A stretch of 40,362 nucleotides of DNA from a virus (taxonomy: Duplodnaviria; Caudoviricetes). Position numbers and translations under genes: made by a program. Under the pieces are notes generated by a model. That model worked only from the letters and a program-made list of their open reading frames with translations. It was not told the DNA's origin and did no database searches. The stretch is from IMG/VR virus record IMGVR_UViG_3300025896_000059, positions 1 to 40,362 of that record; one strand, written 5' to 3'. Of this stretch, positions 27,598 through 35,370 are shown in pieces. Within the stretch, counting starts at the first letter, position 1; each line of letters opens with the position of its first letter.

Positions 27598-28770
27598 ATG
27601 GCGTATACAGATACCTCTGCACTTGCAGGGTTAATCAAAACTGCGTATGACCGCTATGTAGAGTTTGCGCTTCGTGCTCAGCCACTGATTCGTTCAGTTG
27701 CAGACAAGCGCCCTGCTCAGCAAGCGATGCCAGGTTCAAGCGTTGTATTCTCAATCTACAATGACTTGGCTGCGGCAACATCCGCACTCTCATCAGAAAC
27801 AACTGACCCAGATGCAGTAGCACTGTCAGATGTTTCAACAGTTTCAGTATCACTCGCTGAATACGGAAACGCATCACTTGTAACTCGTAAGTTGCAATTG
27901 TTCTCACTCTCAGATGTTGACCCTGCAGTTGCAGACATCATCGCGTTCAACATGGCTGACTCACTAGACAAGATTGCAATGGAAACATTGCGCTCTGGTT
28001 CAAATGTTATCTACGGTGGAAGCCGTACATCAACTGCTACAATCACAGCAACAGATACAATCACTGCTGCTAACATCCGTAAGGGTGTTGCTAAGTTGCG
28101 TTCAAACAAGGCTGTTCCACGCGAAGGTTCACTCTACTGGTGTGGTATCCACCCAGAAGTTTCACATGACCTTCGTGCAGAAACAGGCGTTGGTGGATGG
28201 AACGACATGCACAAGTACGCAGAGACTGGCACAGGACAGTTCTGGCCAGGAACTATCGGAACATTTGAAGGTGCCTACTTTGTAGAAACACCTCGTATGT
28301 ACCGTGGCGTAGATGGCGCAGACCAGACAGCACTTGCTACAACAGCAGTAACTGTTGCTGGTACATCAGCAGGTTACACATTTGGTGTGGCTTCATCATC
28401 TGTAATTGCTACTTCTGCAGAAGCAGGAGATAAGATTTCAGGTACAGGTATTGCATCAGGTGCAAAGATTACATCTTTGGTTACATCTGGTTCAACAACT
28501 ACAATCACTGTTGACACTGCTAACACAGCAGCAGTAACAGCGACAACTGTTGTAACAGTAACTCCAGTAACAGCCAACTACCGCACAATCCTTGCTGGAA
28601 AGCAGGCACTTGCGGAGGCAGTTGCACAGGAGCCAAATGTTATCATCGGACCAGTCGTTGACCGCTTGATGCGTTTCCGCCCTATCGGTTGGTACGGAGT
28701 CCTTGGATTCTCACTATACCGTCAGGCTGCGTTGTACCGCATTGAGACTGGTTCATCAATCCAGTCATAA
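27598..28770 (+). CDS. major capsid protein (N4-gp56-like) with internal insertion
   Basis: LAEYGN, IHPEVSHDLR, GTIGTFEG, DRLMRFRPIGWY; SD AGGAGGTGA; downstream hairpin. Confidence 0.9.
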   Translation: MAYTDTSALAGLIKTAYDRYVEFALRAQPLIRSVADKRPAQQAMPGSSVVFSIYNDLAAATSALSSETTDPDAVALSDVSTVSVSLAEYGNASLVTRKLQLFSLSDVDPAVADIIAFNMADSLDKIAMETLRSGSNVIYGGSRTSTATITATDTITAANIRKGVAKLRSNKAVPREGSLYWCGIHPEVSHDLRAETGVGGWNDMHKYAETGTGQFWPGTIGTFEGAYFVETPRMYRGVDGADQTALATTAVTVAGTSAGYTFGVASSSVIATSAEAGDKISGTGIASGAKITSLVTSGSTTTITVDTANTAAVTATTVVTVTPVTANYRTILAGKQALAEAVAQEPNVIIGPVVDRLMRFRPIGWYGVLGFSLYRQAALYRIETGSSIQS

Positions 28771-28777
28771 TTTGATA

Positions 28778-28817
28778 GTAGGGGGCGGGAGTTAATTTTC
28801 TTTCACCCGCCCTCTAC
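28778..28817 (+). terminator. hairpin after the capsid gene
   Basis: GTAGGGGGCGGG / CCCGCCCTCTAC; weak U-tract. Confidence 0.55.
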
Positions 28818-28835
28818 ACTTAACAAGGAGAATAA

Positions 28836-29108
28836 ATGGCAGAGTACAAGTTTGTACCACCCACAGTATTTGAAACCCCGATTGCTTGGGACAGACTGTT
28901 TATTCGTTACGGTATCCACCGTGGAGTTTCTGTCTTAATGATTGATGGACAATACTCAAGTTATCGTTTCCCCGCTCAAACAGATATTGCAGCATCCACT
29001 GAACATTACTTAGGTGGACATGAATATATTATTGATGAAAAAACAAAGAATCGTTTAACCGACCCAACTATCGGTGGCGATTATGGGGAGTACATAACAG
29101 AACTATGA
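28836..29108 (+). CDS. hypothetical protein
   Basis: SD AAGGAG. Confidence 0.75.
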   Translation: MAEYKFVPPTVFETPIAWDRLFIRYGIHRGVSVLMIDGQYSSYRFPAQTDIAASTEHYLGGHEYIIDEKTKNRLTDPTIGGDYGEYITEL

Positions 29109-29377
29109 ACTTACATCAGAAAACTAAACACCCTGAGTTTGTTGAAGGATGTTTTGGTTGCAAGATTGGTACTTTAGAACTAGGTACTGGCGATGCAGGC
29201 AGAGCAGAAAACATGCCACAGAAAAAGTGGAACAAAGAGTTAGACCTTTACAAGTCTGCTCGTGACCAAGGTATTCAACCTGCGGGCACATCAACAAAGC
29301 AAGTTCAAAAAGCAATAGATGATTCCAACAAAGTTGGTAAAGCATTTGATGCCAACACGGGGGGATTTAAAGGATGA
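29105..29377 (+). CDS. hypothetical protein
   Basis: H..HPEFVEGCFGCK; coupled on both sides. Confidence 0.75.
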   Translation: MNLHQKTKHPEFVEGCFGCKIGTLELGTGDAGRAENMPQKKWNKELDLYKSARDQGIQPAGTSTKQVQKAIDDSNKVGKAFDANTGGFKG

Positions 29378-30099
29378 CTGCCATCGTAGGTATTCAGGGA
29401 AAAGGCTGGGCGGTAATCGCTGCAGATTCCATGACTACCTATGATGACAAGCCATACTTCTCCAAGAGTTTTGAAAAGGTTACACGCAAGGGTGATTATG
29501 TATTCGCCTTTGCAGGCGATGCCATTGCTGGCAACATAGCCAACTTTATCTGGACACCACCTAAGTTTATTAAGACAGTAACTACGGATGTATTCGTACA
29601 AACCAAGGTACTGCCTTCGCTTCGTGATGTACTCAAAGACAATGGCTATGAGCCAGATACAACTAAGAATCCAGATGCTGGCTTTGATGCCCTTATCTGT
29701 ATTAACGGAATCATCTATGAAGTAGACCAAGATTTCCTATGGTCACGAGATGACCGTGGGTTATATGCAGTAGGTAGCGGTGGCTCAATAGCACTAGGCG
29801 CATTAGCCACTGGCTTTAGTAAGAACTCTATGAAGGCTGCAGAGTTTGCAGCACGCAGGGCAATCAAGATTTCTGCCGACTACACAATCAGTGTTGGTGG
29901 AGATGTCAAAGTCATAACACAAAAGGGGAACGAAATGGCAGCAGCAAAGAAAATTACAAAGAAGGCAGCGTACGCAGCCTACGAAAAGACAGAACCAAAA
30001 GCACAGAAGAAATTAGAACTTAAGAAGGGCGAATCAAAGGCTCAGGTTAAGAAGGAAGTTGCTAAGGGTATGTCAATGCTAAAGAAGAAGGGCAAGTAA
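29374..30099 (+). CDS. proteasome-beta/HslV-like Ntn hydrolase with basic C-terminal extension
   Basis: M-T-AIVG...AADS, K, AG, AVGSGG..ALGAL, SVGG; internal SD and ATG at 29935. Confidence 0.85.
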   Translation: MTAIVGIQGKGWAVIAADSMTTYDDKPYFSKSFEKVTRKGDYVFAFAGDAIAGNIANFIWTPPKFIKTVTTDVFVQTKVLPSLRDVLKDNGYEPDTTKNPDAGFDALICINGIIYEVDQDFLWSRDDRGLYAVGSGGSIALGALATGFSKNSMKAAEFAARRAIKISADYTISVGGDVKVITQKGNEMAAAKKITKKAAYAAYEKTEPKAQKKLELKKGESKAQVKKEVAKGMSMLKKKGK

Positions 30100-30101
30100 T
30101 T

Positions 30102-30224
30102 ATGTGCACAACATGCGGATGCGGAAGCAAGGTAGTAAATCAAGATGACAACTTTGGAACAGTTAACCCTTATGGCATCCCAGCCCCAGAGGTTAATAAG
30201 CCAACTACTTTGGGACAGAAGTAA
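30102..30224 (+). CDS. 40-aa microprotein beginning MCTTCGCG (not in ORF track)
   Basis: Fits between neighbours with a TAATG overlap. Confidence 0.7.
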   Translation: MCTTCGCGSKVVNQDDNFGTVNPYGIPAPEVNKPTTLGQK

Positions 30225-30385
30225 TGCCAAAGGGAATGGGTTTCAAAGCAGCACAGAAGTCAATCGCAAAGAAGCAAGGAATCCCAATGAAGAACGCGGG
30301 AGCAATCCTTGCAGCAGGTGCTCGCGGTGCGAGTGCAGCAGCAAAGAAGTCTAATCCAAATCTTAAGAAGGTTAAAGGAAAGTAA
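30224..30385 (+). CDS. small basic protein, 53 aa (not in ORF track)
   Basis: MPKGMGFKAAQKSIAKKQG...NPNLKKVKGK. Confidence 0.75.
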   Translation: MPKGMGFKAAQKSIAKKQGIPMKNAGAILAAGARGASAAAKKSNPNLKKVKGK

Positions 30386-30643
30386 ATGACAGACCCAAGA
30401 CTAAAGCGAGCAGGAGTGTCAGGTTTCAACAAGCCTAAGCGCACACCAAGTCACCCAACAAAGTCACATGTAGTTGTGGCTAAAGAAGGAGATAAGGTCA
30501 AGACTATTCGCTTTGGTCAGCAGGGTGTCACTGGAGATAAGACTCCAACAGCAAGACAAAAATCATTCAAGGCTCGTCATGCAACAAACATTGCTAAAGG
30601 CAAAATGAGTGCAGCGTATTGGGCAGACAAGGTGAAGTGGTAA
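30386..30643 (+). CDS. small basic phage protein of unknown function
   Basis: NKPKRTP.HP.KSHVV..KTIRFGQQG..SFKARH..AYWADKVKW. Confidence 0.8.
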   Translation: MTDPRLKRAGVSGFNKPKRTPSHPTKSHVVVAKEGDKVKTIRFGQQGVTGDKTPTARQKSFKARHATNIAKGKMSAAYWADKVKW

Positions 30644-30645
30644 CT

Positions 30646-30921
30646 ATGGCTACAGGTTATGACGGTTCTACACTCGTTGCTGAATTAAACAGGCTTGCCA
30701 ATGCTGGCACCTATCCAGCCCGTACTGCTTTTAAAGAGGCACCAGGTGCTGCCAATCTATGGGCTGGTACCACTGGCAAGGATTTGCTAGGAGCATTGAA
30801 CTACAAGGCTGACTCAACTCGTCAACCAAATAACTATAAAGGTTTAAACGCAGTGTGCAATGAACTTGCTGGAACTACTGGTAAGTCAGCAGTATCAGCC
30901 TTAAGGAGCATTAACCTGTGA
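30646..30921 (+). CDS. hypothetical protein
   Basis: ATG 30646 after the upstream stop; ELNRLA/ALNYKA/CNELA internal repeats. Confidence 0.7.
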   Translation: MATGYDGSTLVAELNRLANAGTYPARTAFKEAPGAANLWAGTTGKDLLGALNYKADSTRQPNNYKGLNAVCNELAGTTGKSAVSALRSINL

Positions 30922-31832
30922 GTACTCTTGAACAGATGACTGACCGTATTGACACGCTTCTTCACGGTTACACAATGAATACAGAATCAACCACTTGGCT
31001 TACCGCTGCTGCAACAACATCAGACACTAGCATTTCAGTTAATGATTCAAGCGTAGCCAGCCGTGGCTTTATCCAAATTGGTGATGAATTGATGTATGTC
31101 AATAGCACTAACAACATTGACAATGTTCTTAACCTTGCCCCATGGGGGCGTGGACAGCGTGGCTCTGTTGCTGTAGCACATGACAACTTATCTAAGGTTA
31201 TTGCTTCTCCAGTATTCCCACGCTATGAAATCAAGAAGGCTATCAACGACACAATCAACTCTGTGTATCCACAAGTCTTTGCTATTGGTCAGTATCAGTT
31301 CAACTACATTGCTGCTCGTACAACCTATGATATTCCTGATGAAGTGCAGAACATCCTTAGTGTTACTCACTCAGTCATTGGTCCATCTAAAGAATGGCTA
31401 CCAGTTCGTGCATGGCAGATTGACCGTACCGCTAACCCAACAGCCTTTGGCGATGGTACTAACTTTGGACACAGCCTTAGCGTGTATTCACCTATCGTTC
31501 CAGGTCGTCCTGTGAATGTGGCTTTTGCTAAGCGCCCGTCACTATTTGATATTAACTCAACAGCATCACAAGAAATGTCTACTGTCACTGGCCTGCCATC
31601 GTATGCCGAAGATGTGCTTGTCTATGGAGCAGCCTTCCGTATGGTTTCATTCCTTGACCCAGCACGCTTGGGTCCACTATCTGCAGAAGCAGATGTTCTT
31701 GACAATCAGCGTGGACCAAGCAGCGGTGCTAACGCAGCACGCTTCTTGTTCAATGTTTACAACACTCGTCTAAACGAAGTGGCGGAGAACATGCGCCGTC
31801 AATTCCCCGTTCGTTCACACTATCAGAGATAA
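30918..31832 (+). CDS. putative head-tail adaptor / tail tubular protein
   Basis: Position; IGDELM...RG.RGS.A.AH beta insert; AINDTI helix. Confidence 0.6.
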   Translation: MSTLEQMTDRIDTLLHGYTMNTESTTWLTAAATTSDTSISVNDSSVASRGFIQIGDELMYVNSTNNIDNVLNLAPWGRGQRGSVAVAHDNLSKVIASPVFPRYEIKKAINDTINSVYPQVFAIGQYQFNYIAARTTYDIPDEVQNILSVTHSVIGPSKEWLPVRAWQIDRTANPTAFGDGTNFGHSLSVYSPIVPGRPVNVAFAKRPSLFDINSTASQEMSTVTGLPSYAEDVLVYGAAFRMVSFLDPARLGPLSAEADVLDNQRGPSSGANAARFLFNVYNTRLNEVAENMRRQFPVRSHYQR

Positions 31833-31841
31833 GGCACCCAC

Positions 31842-33656
31842 ATGGCAGCAGGCGACCCAGGAGTACTCAAGCGGAACTTTTCCGCCACAGCAATTCAGAC
31901 AACGCTGGTCAACTCTATTTCATCAGCAGCAACAGGCGATACAACAACAAGCGTTGCTGTCGTATCTGTTAGCGGTTTTCCATCAACTGTTCCCTACACA
32001 CTTATCCTTGACCCAGATGGTTCAAAAGAAGAAGTAGTAACGGTAACGGCTGCATCTTCAACCACCCTTACTATTACCCGTGGACAAGACAGCACACCTG
32101 CAGTAGCACACGCTGCTGGTACATCTGTCCGTCATGGTGTATCTGGTCGTGACTTCAAAGAAGAACAAACTCACATTGCTGCTCGTGGCTACGATGCAGA
32201 TACTGCCATTCTTTCATCTGCTGGACAGACACATGTGCACGGACTTCAAAGTGGCGATGGTTCAGTAGTTGGTGCTGACCAATCAGTAACACTTACTCGC
32301 AAGACTTTGACTACACCTACCATCAATGGTGCAACTCTTACAGGCACTGTTACTTCAACAGCATCTATTGTTGTTAGTGGTGCTGGAACGATTACTGGTC
32401 TTTCATCTGCTGGCATGGTGGCATCATCTGCTGCACCTAAGAATTATGTAGATTCAATCCTTGGCTCAGCCACTGCTGCATCTACCTCTGCAACAAGCGC
32501 TGCTACTAGCGCAACAAGTGCAGCAGCATCAGCAACAGCAGCAGCAACAAGCGCTACAAGCGCTGCTGCAAGTGCAACTGCTGCTGCAACTTCTGCTTCA
32601 TCAGCATTAACATCACAGACTGCTGCTGCTACCAGTGCCACAAGTGCTGCTGCTTCTGCAACGGCTGCAGCAACAAGCGCAGCCAGCGCTGCTACATCTG
32701 CAACAGCCTCTGCATCTAGCGCCTCTGCAGCAGCAACATCAGCATCTTCTGCTGCTACATCTGCATCTAGTGCTGCAACTTCGGCTACTGCATCAGCATC
32801 TTCTGCAAGCGCTGCTGCAACTTCTGCTTCAAGCGCTGCAACATCTGCTACTTCTTCTGCTGCTTCAACATCTGCTGCAGCAGCAAGTGCAACTGCTGCT
32901 GCTACAAGTGCAACATCTGCAGCAGCCAGTGCAACAGCAGCAGCCACATCTGCTACAAGTGCAGCAACAAGTGCATCATCGGCTTTAACTTCACAGACTG
33001 CTGCAGCCACTAGCGCTACTAGCGCAGCCACTTCTGCTTCTTCTGCTTTAACAAGTCAGACAGCAGCAGCGACAAGTGCTACATCGGCAGCAACTTCTGC
33101 CACCTCTGCAGCAACAACTTATACAGCATACGATGCCCGTTACTTAGGTTCTAAAGCATCTGCTCCTACGGTTGATAATCAAGGTGGAGCACTCATTACT
33201 GGTGCTACATACTGGAACTCAACATCTAGCCTTATGTATGCATGGAGTGGTTCTGCATGGCAGGCTATTTCTACAACATCATCTTACTCAGCACCTACTC
33301 TTGGTAGCACAACTATCAACTCAGGTGCGACTGTATCAAACATTAATGCTTTAACTATTAACTCAACTACAATTCCATCATCTAAGACTTTGGTTGCTAC
33401 TGACTCAACAGCCTATGTAGTACCAACACAAACTGGTAATTCAGGTAAATACCTAACAACTGATGGAACAACATCTTCTTGGGGAACCGTTGCTGGATAC
33501 AATGCACCAACTTTAGGTTCAACATCTATTGGCTCAGGAGCCACTGTAACAACAATTAATGGTTTAACTAAAATAGTATCTGCTACTGTAGCAAAACTAG
33601 ATGCTAGTGGATATGAGCAAGACTTTGACCTATTAACAATAATGGGTGCAATCTAA
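31842..33656 (+). CDS. tail fiber protein with Ala/Ser/Thr stalk
   Basis: N-terminal EVVTVT..TLTITRG domain; SATSAA repeats ~32470-33115; GKYLTTDG motif. Confidence 0.75.
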   Translation: MAAGDPGVLKRNFSATAIQTTLVNSISSAATGDTTTSVAVVSVSGFPSTVPYTLILDPDGSKEEVVTVTAASSTTLTITRGQDSTPAVAHAAGTSVRHGVSGRDFKEEQTHIAARGYDADTAILSSAGQTHVHGLQSGDGSVVGADQSVTLTRKTLTTPTINGATLTGTVTSTASIVVSGAGTITGLSSAGMVASSAAPKNYVDSILGSATAASTSATSAATSATSAAASATAAATSATSAAASATAAATSASSALTSQTAAATSATSAAASATAAATSAASAATSATASASSASAAATSASSAATSASSAATSATASASSASAAATSASSAATSATSSAASTSAAAASATAAATSATSAAASATAAATSATSAATSASSALTSQTAAATSATSAATSASSALTSQTAAATSATSAATSATSAATTYTAYDARYLGSKASAPTVDNQGGALITGATYWNSTSSLMYAWSGSAWQAISTTSSYSAPTLGSTTINSGATVSNINALTINSTTIPSSKTLVATDSTAYVVPTQTGNSGKYLTTDGTTSSWGTVAGYNAPTLGSTSIGSGATVTTINGLTKIVSATVAKLDASGYEQDFDLLTIMGAI

Positions 33657-33675
33657 TAACGAAAGGTAGTAACTA

Positions 33676-33978
33676 ATGGCTACAACAACTAAGGCGCTGG
33701 CTAGAACAGCAGCAGCAACATCAAGTGCAACGCTATATACAGTACCATCTGCTACAACTACAGTAGTAACTAACATTGTAGTAACTAACACAGCAGCAAG
33801 TGCTGGTACATTTACATTACTTCTTGATGATGTATCTATTGGCACAACTGTTATAGTTGCTGCCAACGATTCTACAATTATTGATTTAAAACAAGTCCTT
33901 GCAACTACAAAGACTATTAAAGGCTTTGCATCTGCTACTACAATTAATTTTCACATTTCAGGAGTGGAGATTTCCTAA
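33676..33978 (+). CDS. small tail-associated beta protein
   Basis: TLYTVPSATTTVVTNIVVTN...ISGVEI. Confidence 0.7.
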   Translation: MATTTKALARTAAATSSATLYTVPSATTTVVTNIVVTNTAASAGTFTLLLDDVSIGTTVIVAANDSTIIDLKQVLATTKTIKGFASATTINFHISGVEIS

Positions 33979-34895
33979 TGGCAGTTATTAAATTAACCGA
34001 ATCTTCAATAAGAACAAAAAGAACATATACTTCTTTTCGTGCTGGTAGTGCCTTTCCTACTTTTAATCTTGACATATTATTAGTTGCAGGTGGAGGCGGA
34101 GCACCAGGAACACAAGTTGGTGGCGGAGGTGGTGGTGGTTTTAGAAACCTAACAACTCAATCTTTTTCTACTAATACAGATTACACAGTAACTGTTGGTG
34201 CAGGTGGAGCAAGAAATCAATCTAGCGCAGTGGCTGGCAATGGAAGCAATAGCGTTTTTGGTTCATTGTTTTCTACTGGCGGTGGCGGTGGTGGAGTTTC
34301 TGGTTCTTGCCCTGGTTCTGCTAATGATGGTGCTGCTGGTGGTTCTGGCGGTGGTTCAGGAGATTCAGGTTGTTCTGGTGGTTCTGGTGGTCCTGGCAAT
34401 GCTGGAGGATTTACTCCAGTTGAAGGTTATGCTGGCGGTGCTATGGGTGGAACAACAGCCAACGGCGGTGGAGGTGGTGCTGGCGCAGTAGGTGGCAACG
34501 GTTCATCTAATGCTGCATCTGGTGCTGGTGGCGCTGGTGCTGCAAGTTCACTTAGCGGTTCATCAGTTACATATGCTGGTGGTGGTGGTGGTGGACAAAC
34601 TTATCTACAAGTTGCTAGTTCTGCAGGAGCAGGTGGCTCTGGTGGAGGTGGAGCGGGTGGTAATTCTAATGCTAATGGAACAGACGGAACAACTAATCTT
34701 GGTGGCGGTGGCGGTGGTGGTGGCCGTGGCGGAACTAATGGTGGTTCAGGTGGTTCAGGTATTGTAATTGTTAAATATCCTTCTACACGCACTATTTCTG
34801 TTGGTGGAGGTTTAACAAGTTCAACAAGTGGACCAAGCGGTGGTTTTTATACTACAACATTTACAGCAGGAACAGGGACGGTGAGTTTCGTATAA
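33978..34895 (+). CDS. glycine-rich tail / receptor-binding protein
   Basis: LLVAGGGG, YTVTVGAGG, YAGGGGG, GSGIVIVKY. Confidence 0.8.
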   Translation: MAVIKLTESSIRTKRTYTSFRAGSAFPTFNLDILLVAGGGGAPGTQVGGGGGGGFRNLTTQSFSTNTDYTVTVGAGGARNQSSAVAGNGSNSVFGSLFSTGGGGGGVSGSCPGSANDGAAGGSGGGSGDSGCSGGSGGPGNAGGFTPVEGYAGGAMGGTTANGGGGGAGAVGGNGSSNAASGAGGAGAASSLSGSSVTYAGGGGGGQTYLQVASSAGAGGSGGGGAGGNSNANGTDGTTNLGGGGGGGGRGGTNGGSGGSGIVIVKYPSTRTISVGGGLTSSTSGPSGGFYTTTFTAGTGTVSFV

Positions 34896-35257
34896 TGGCA
34901 CACTATGCATTTTTAGATGAAAATAATATAGTAACAGAAGTTATTACTGGAATAGATGAAACTGAATTAATTGAGGGTCTTGACCCTGAAACTTGGTATG
35001 GAAATTTTAGAGGACAAAAATGCGTTCGCACTTCCTATAATAACAGCATACGCAAAATGTATGCAGGTAAAGGAAGTATTTATGATTCTGAAAAAGATGT
35101 ATTTTATCCTGCAAAACCATATCCATCTTGGTTGTTTAATGAAACAACTTGGCAATGGGAAGCACCTGTTCCACGACCAGAAAATTGGAATGATTATCAC
35201 TGGTTTGAAGAAGGTTTAAGTTGGGAACCACATTTAATTATTGAGGAGAATAACTAA
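34895..35257 (+). CDS. partner protein of glycine-rich tail protein
   Basis: MAHYAFLDENNIVTEVI...TSYN..IRK.YAG..P.PYPSW. Confidence 0.75.
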   Translation: MAHYAFLDENNIVTEVITGIDETELIEGLDPETWYGNFRGQKCVRTSYNNSIRKMYAGKGSIYDSEKDVFYPAKPYPSWLFNETTWQWEAPVPRPENWNDYHWFEEGLSWEPHLIIEENN

Positions 35258-35295
35258 TGACTAAAGCCCGTGACCTAGCCAATGCAGGCAACTGA
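35257..35295 (+). pseudogene. 12-codon stub MTKARDLANAGN
   Basis: SD GAGGAG, TAATG coupling, early TGA. Confidence 0.5.
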
Positions 35296-35311
35296 ATAAC
35301 AAATAGTTATT

Positions 35312-35339
35312 ACCCCTGAGTATGGGTCTAAACTGCTCA
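35312..35339 (+). promoter_or_regulatory. H-type RNA pseudoknot, copy 2 (putative)
   Basis: S1 ACCC/GGGU, S2 UGAGUA/UGCUCA. Confidence 0.6.
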
Positions 35340-35370
35340 TTTATTATTTCTTAAGACACAAGGAGAAGCC

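Noticed and set aside
30145-30354. 69-aa ORF in the track
   Set aside because: Two coupled ORFs in other frames (30102-30224, 30224-30385) fit the region better.
32444-33031. Long antisense and alternate-frame ORFs over repeats (also 37886-38751)
   Set aside because: By-products of low-complexity Ala/Ser/Thr and Pro codons.
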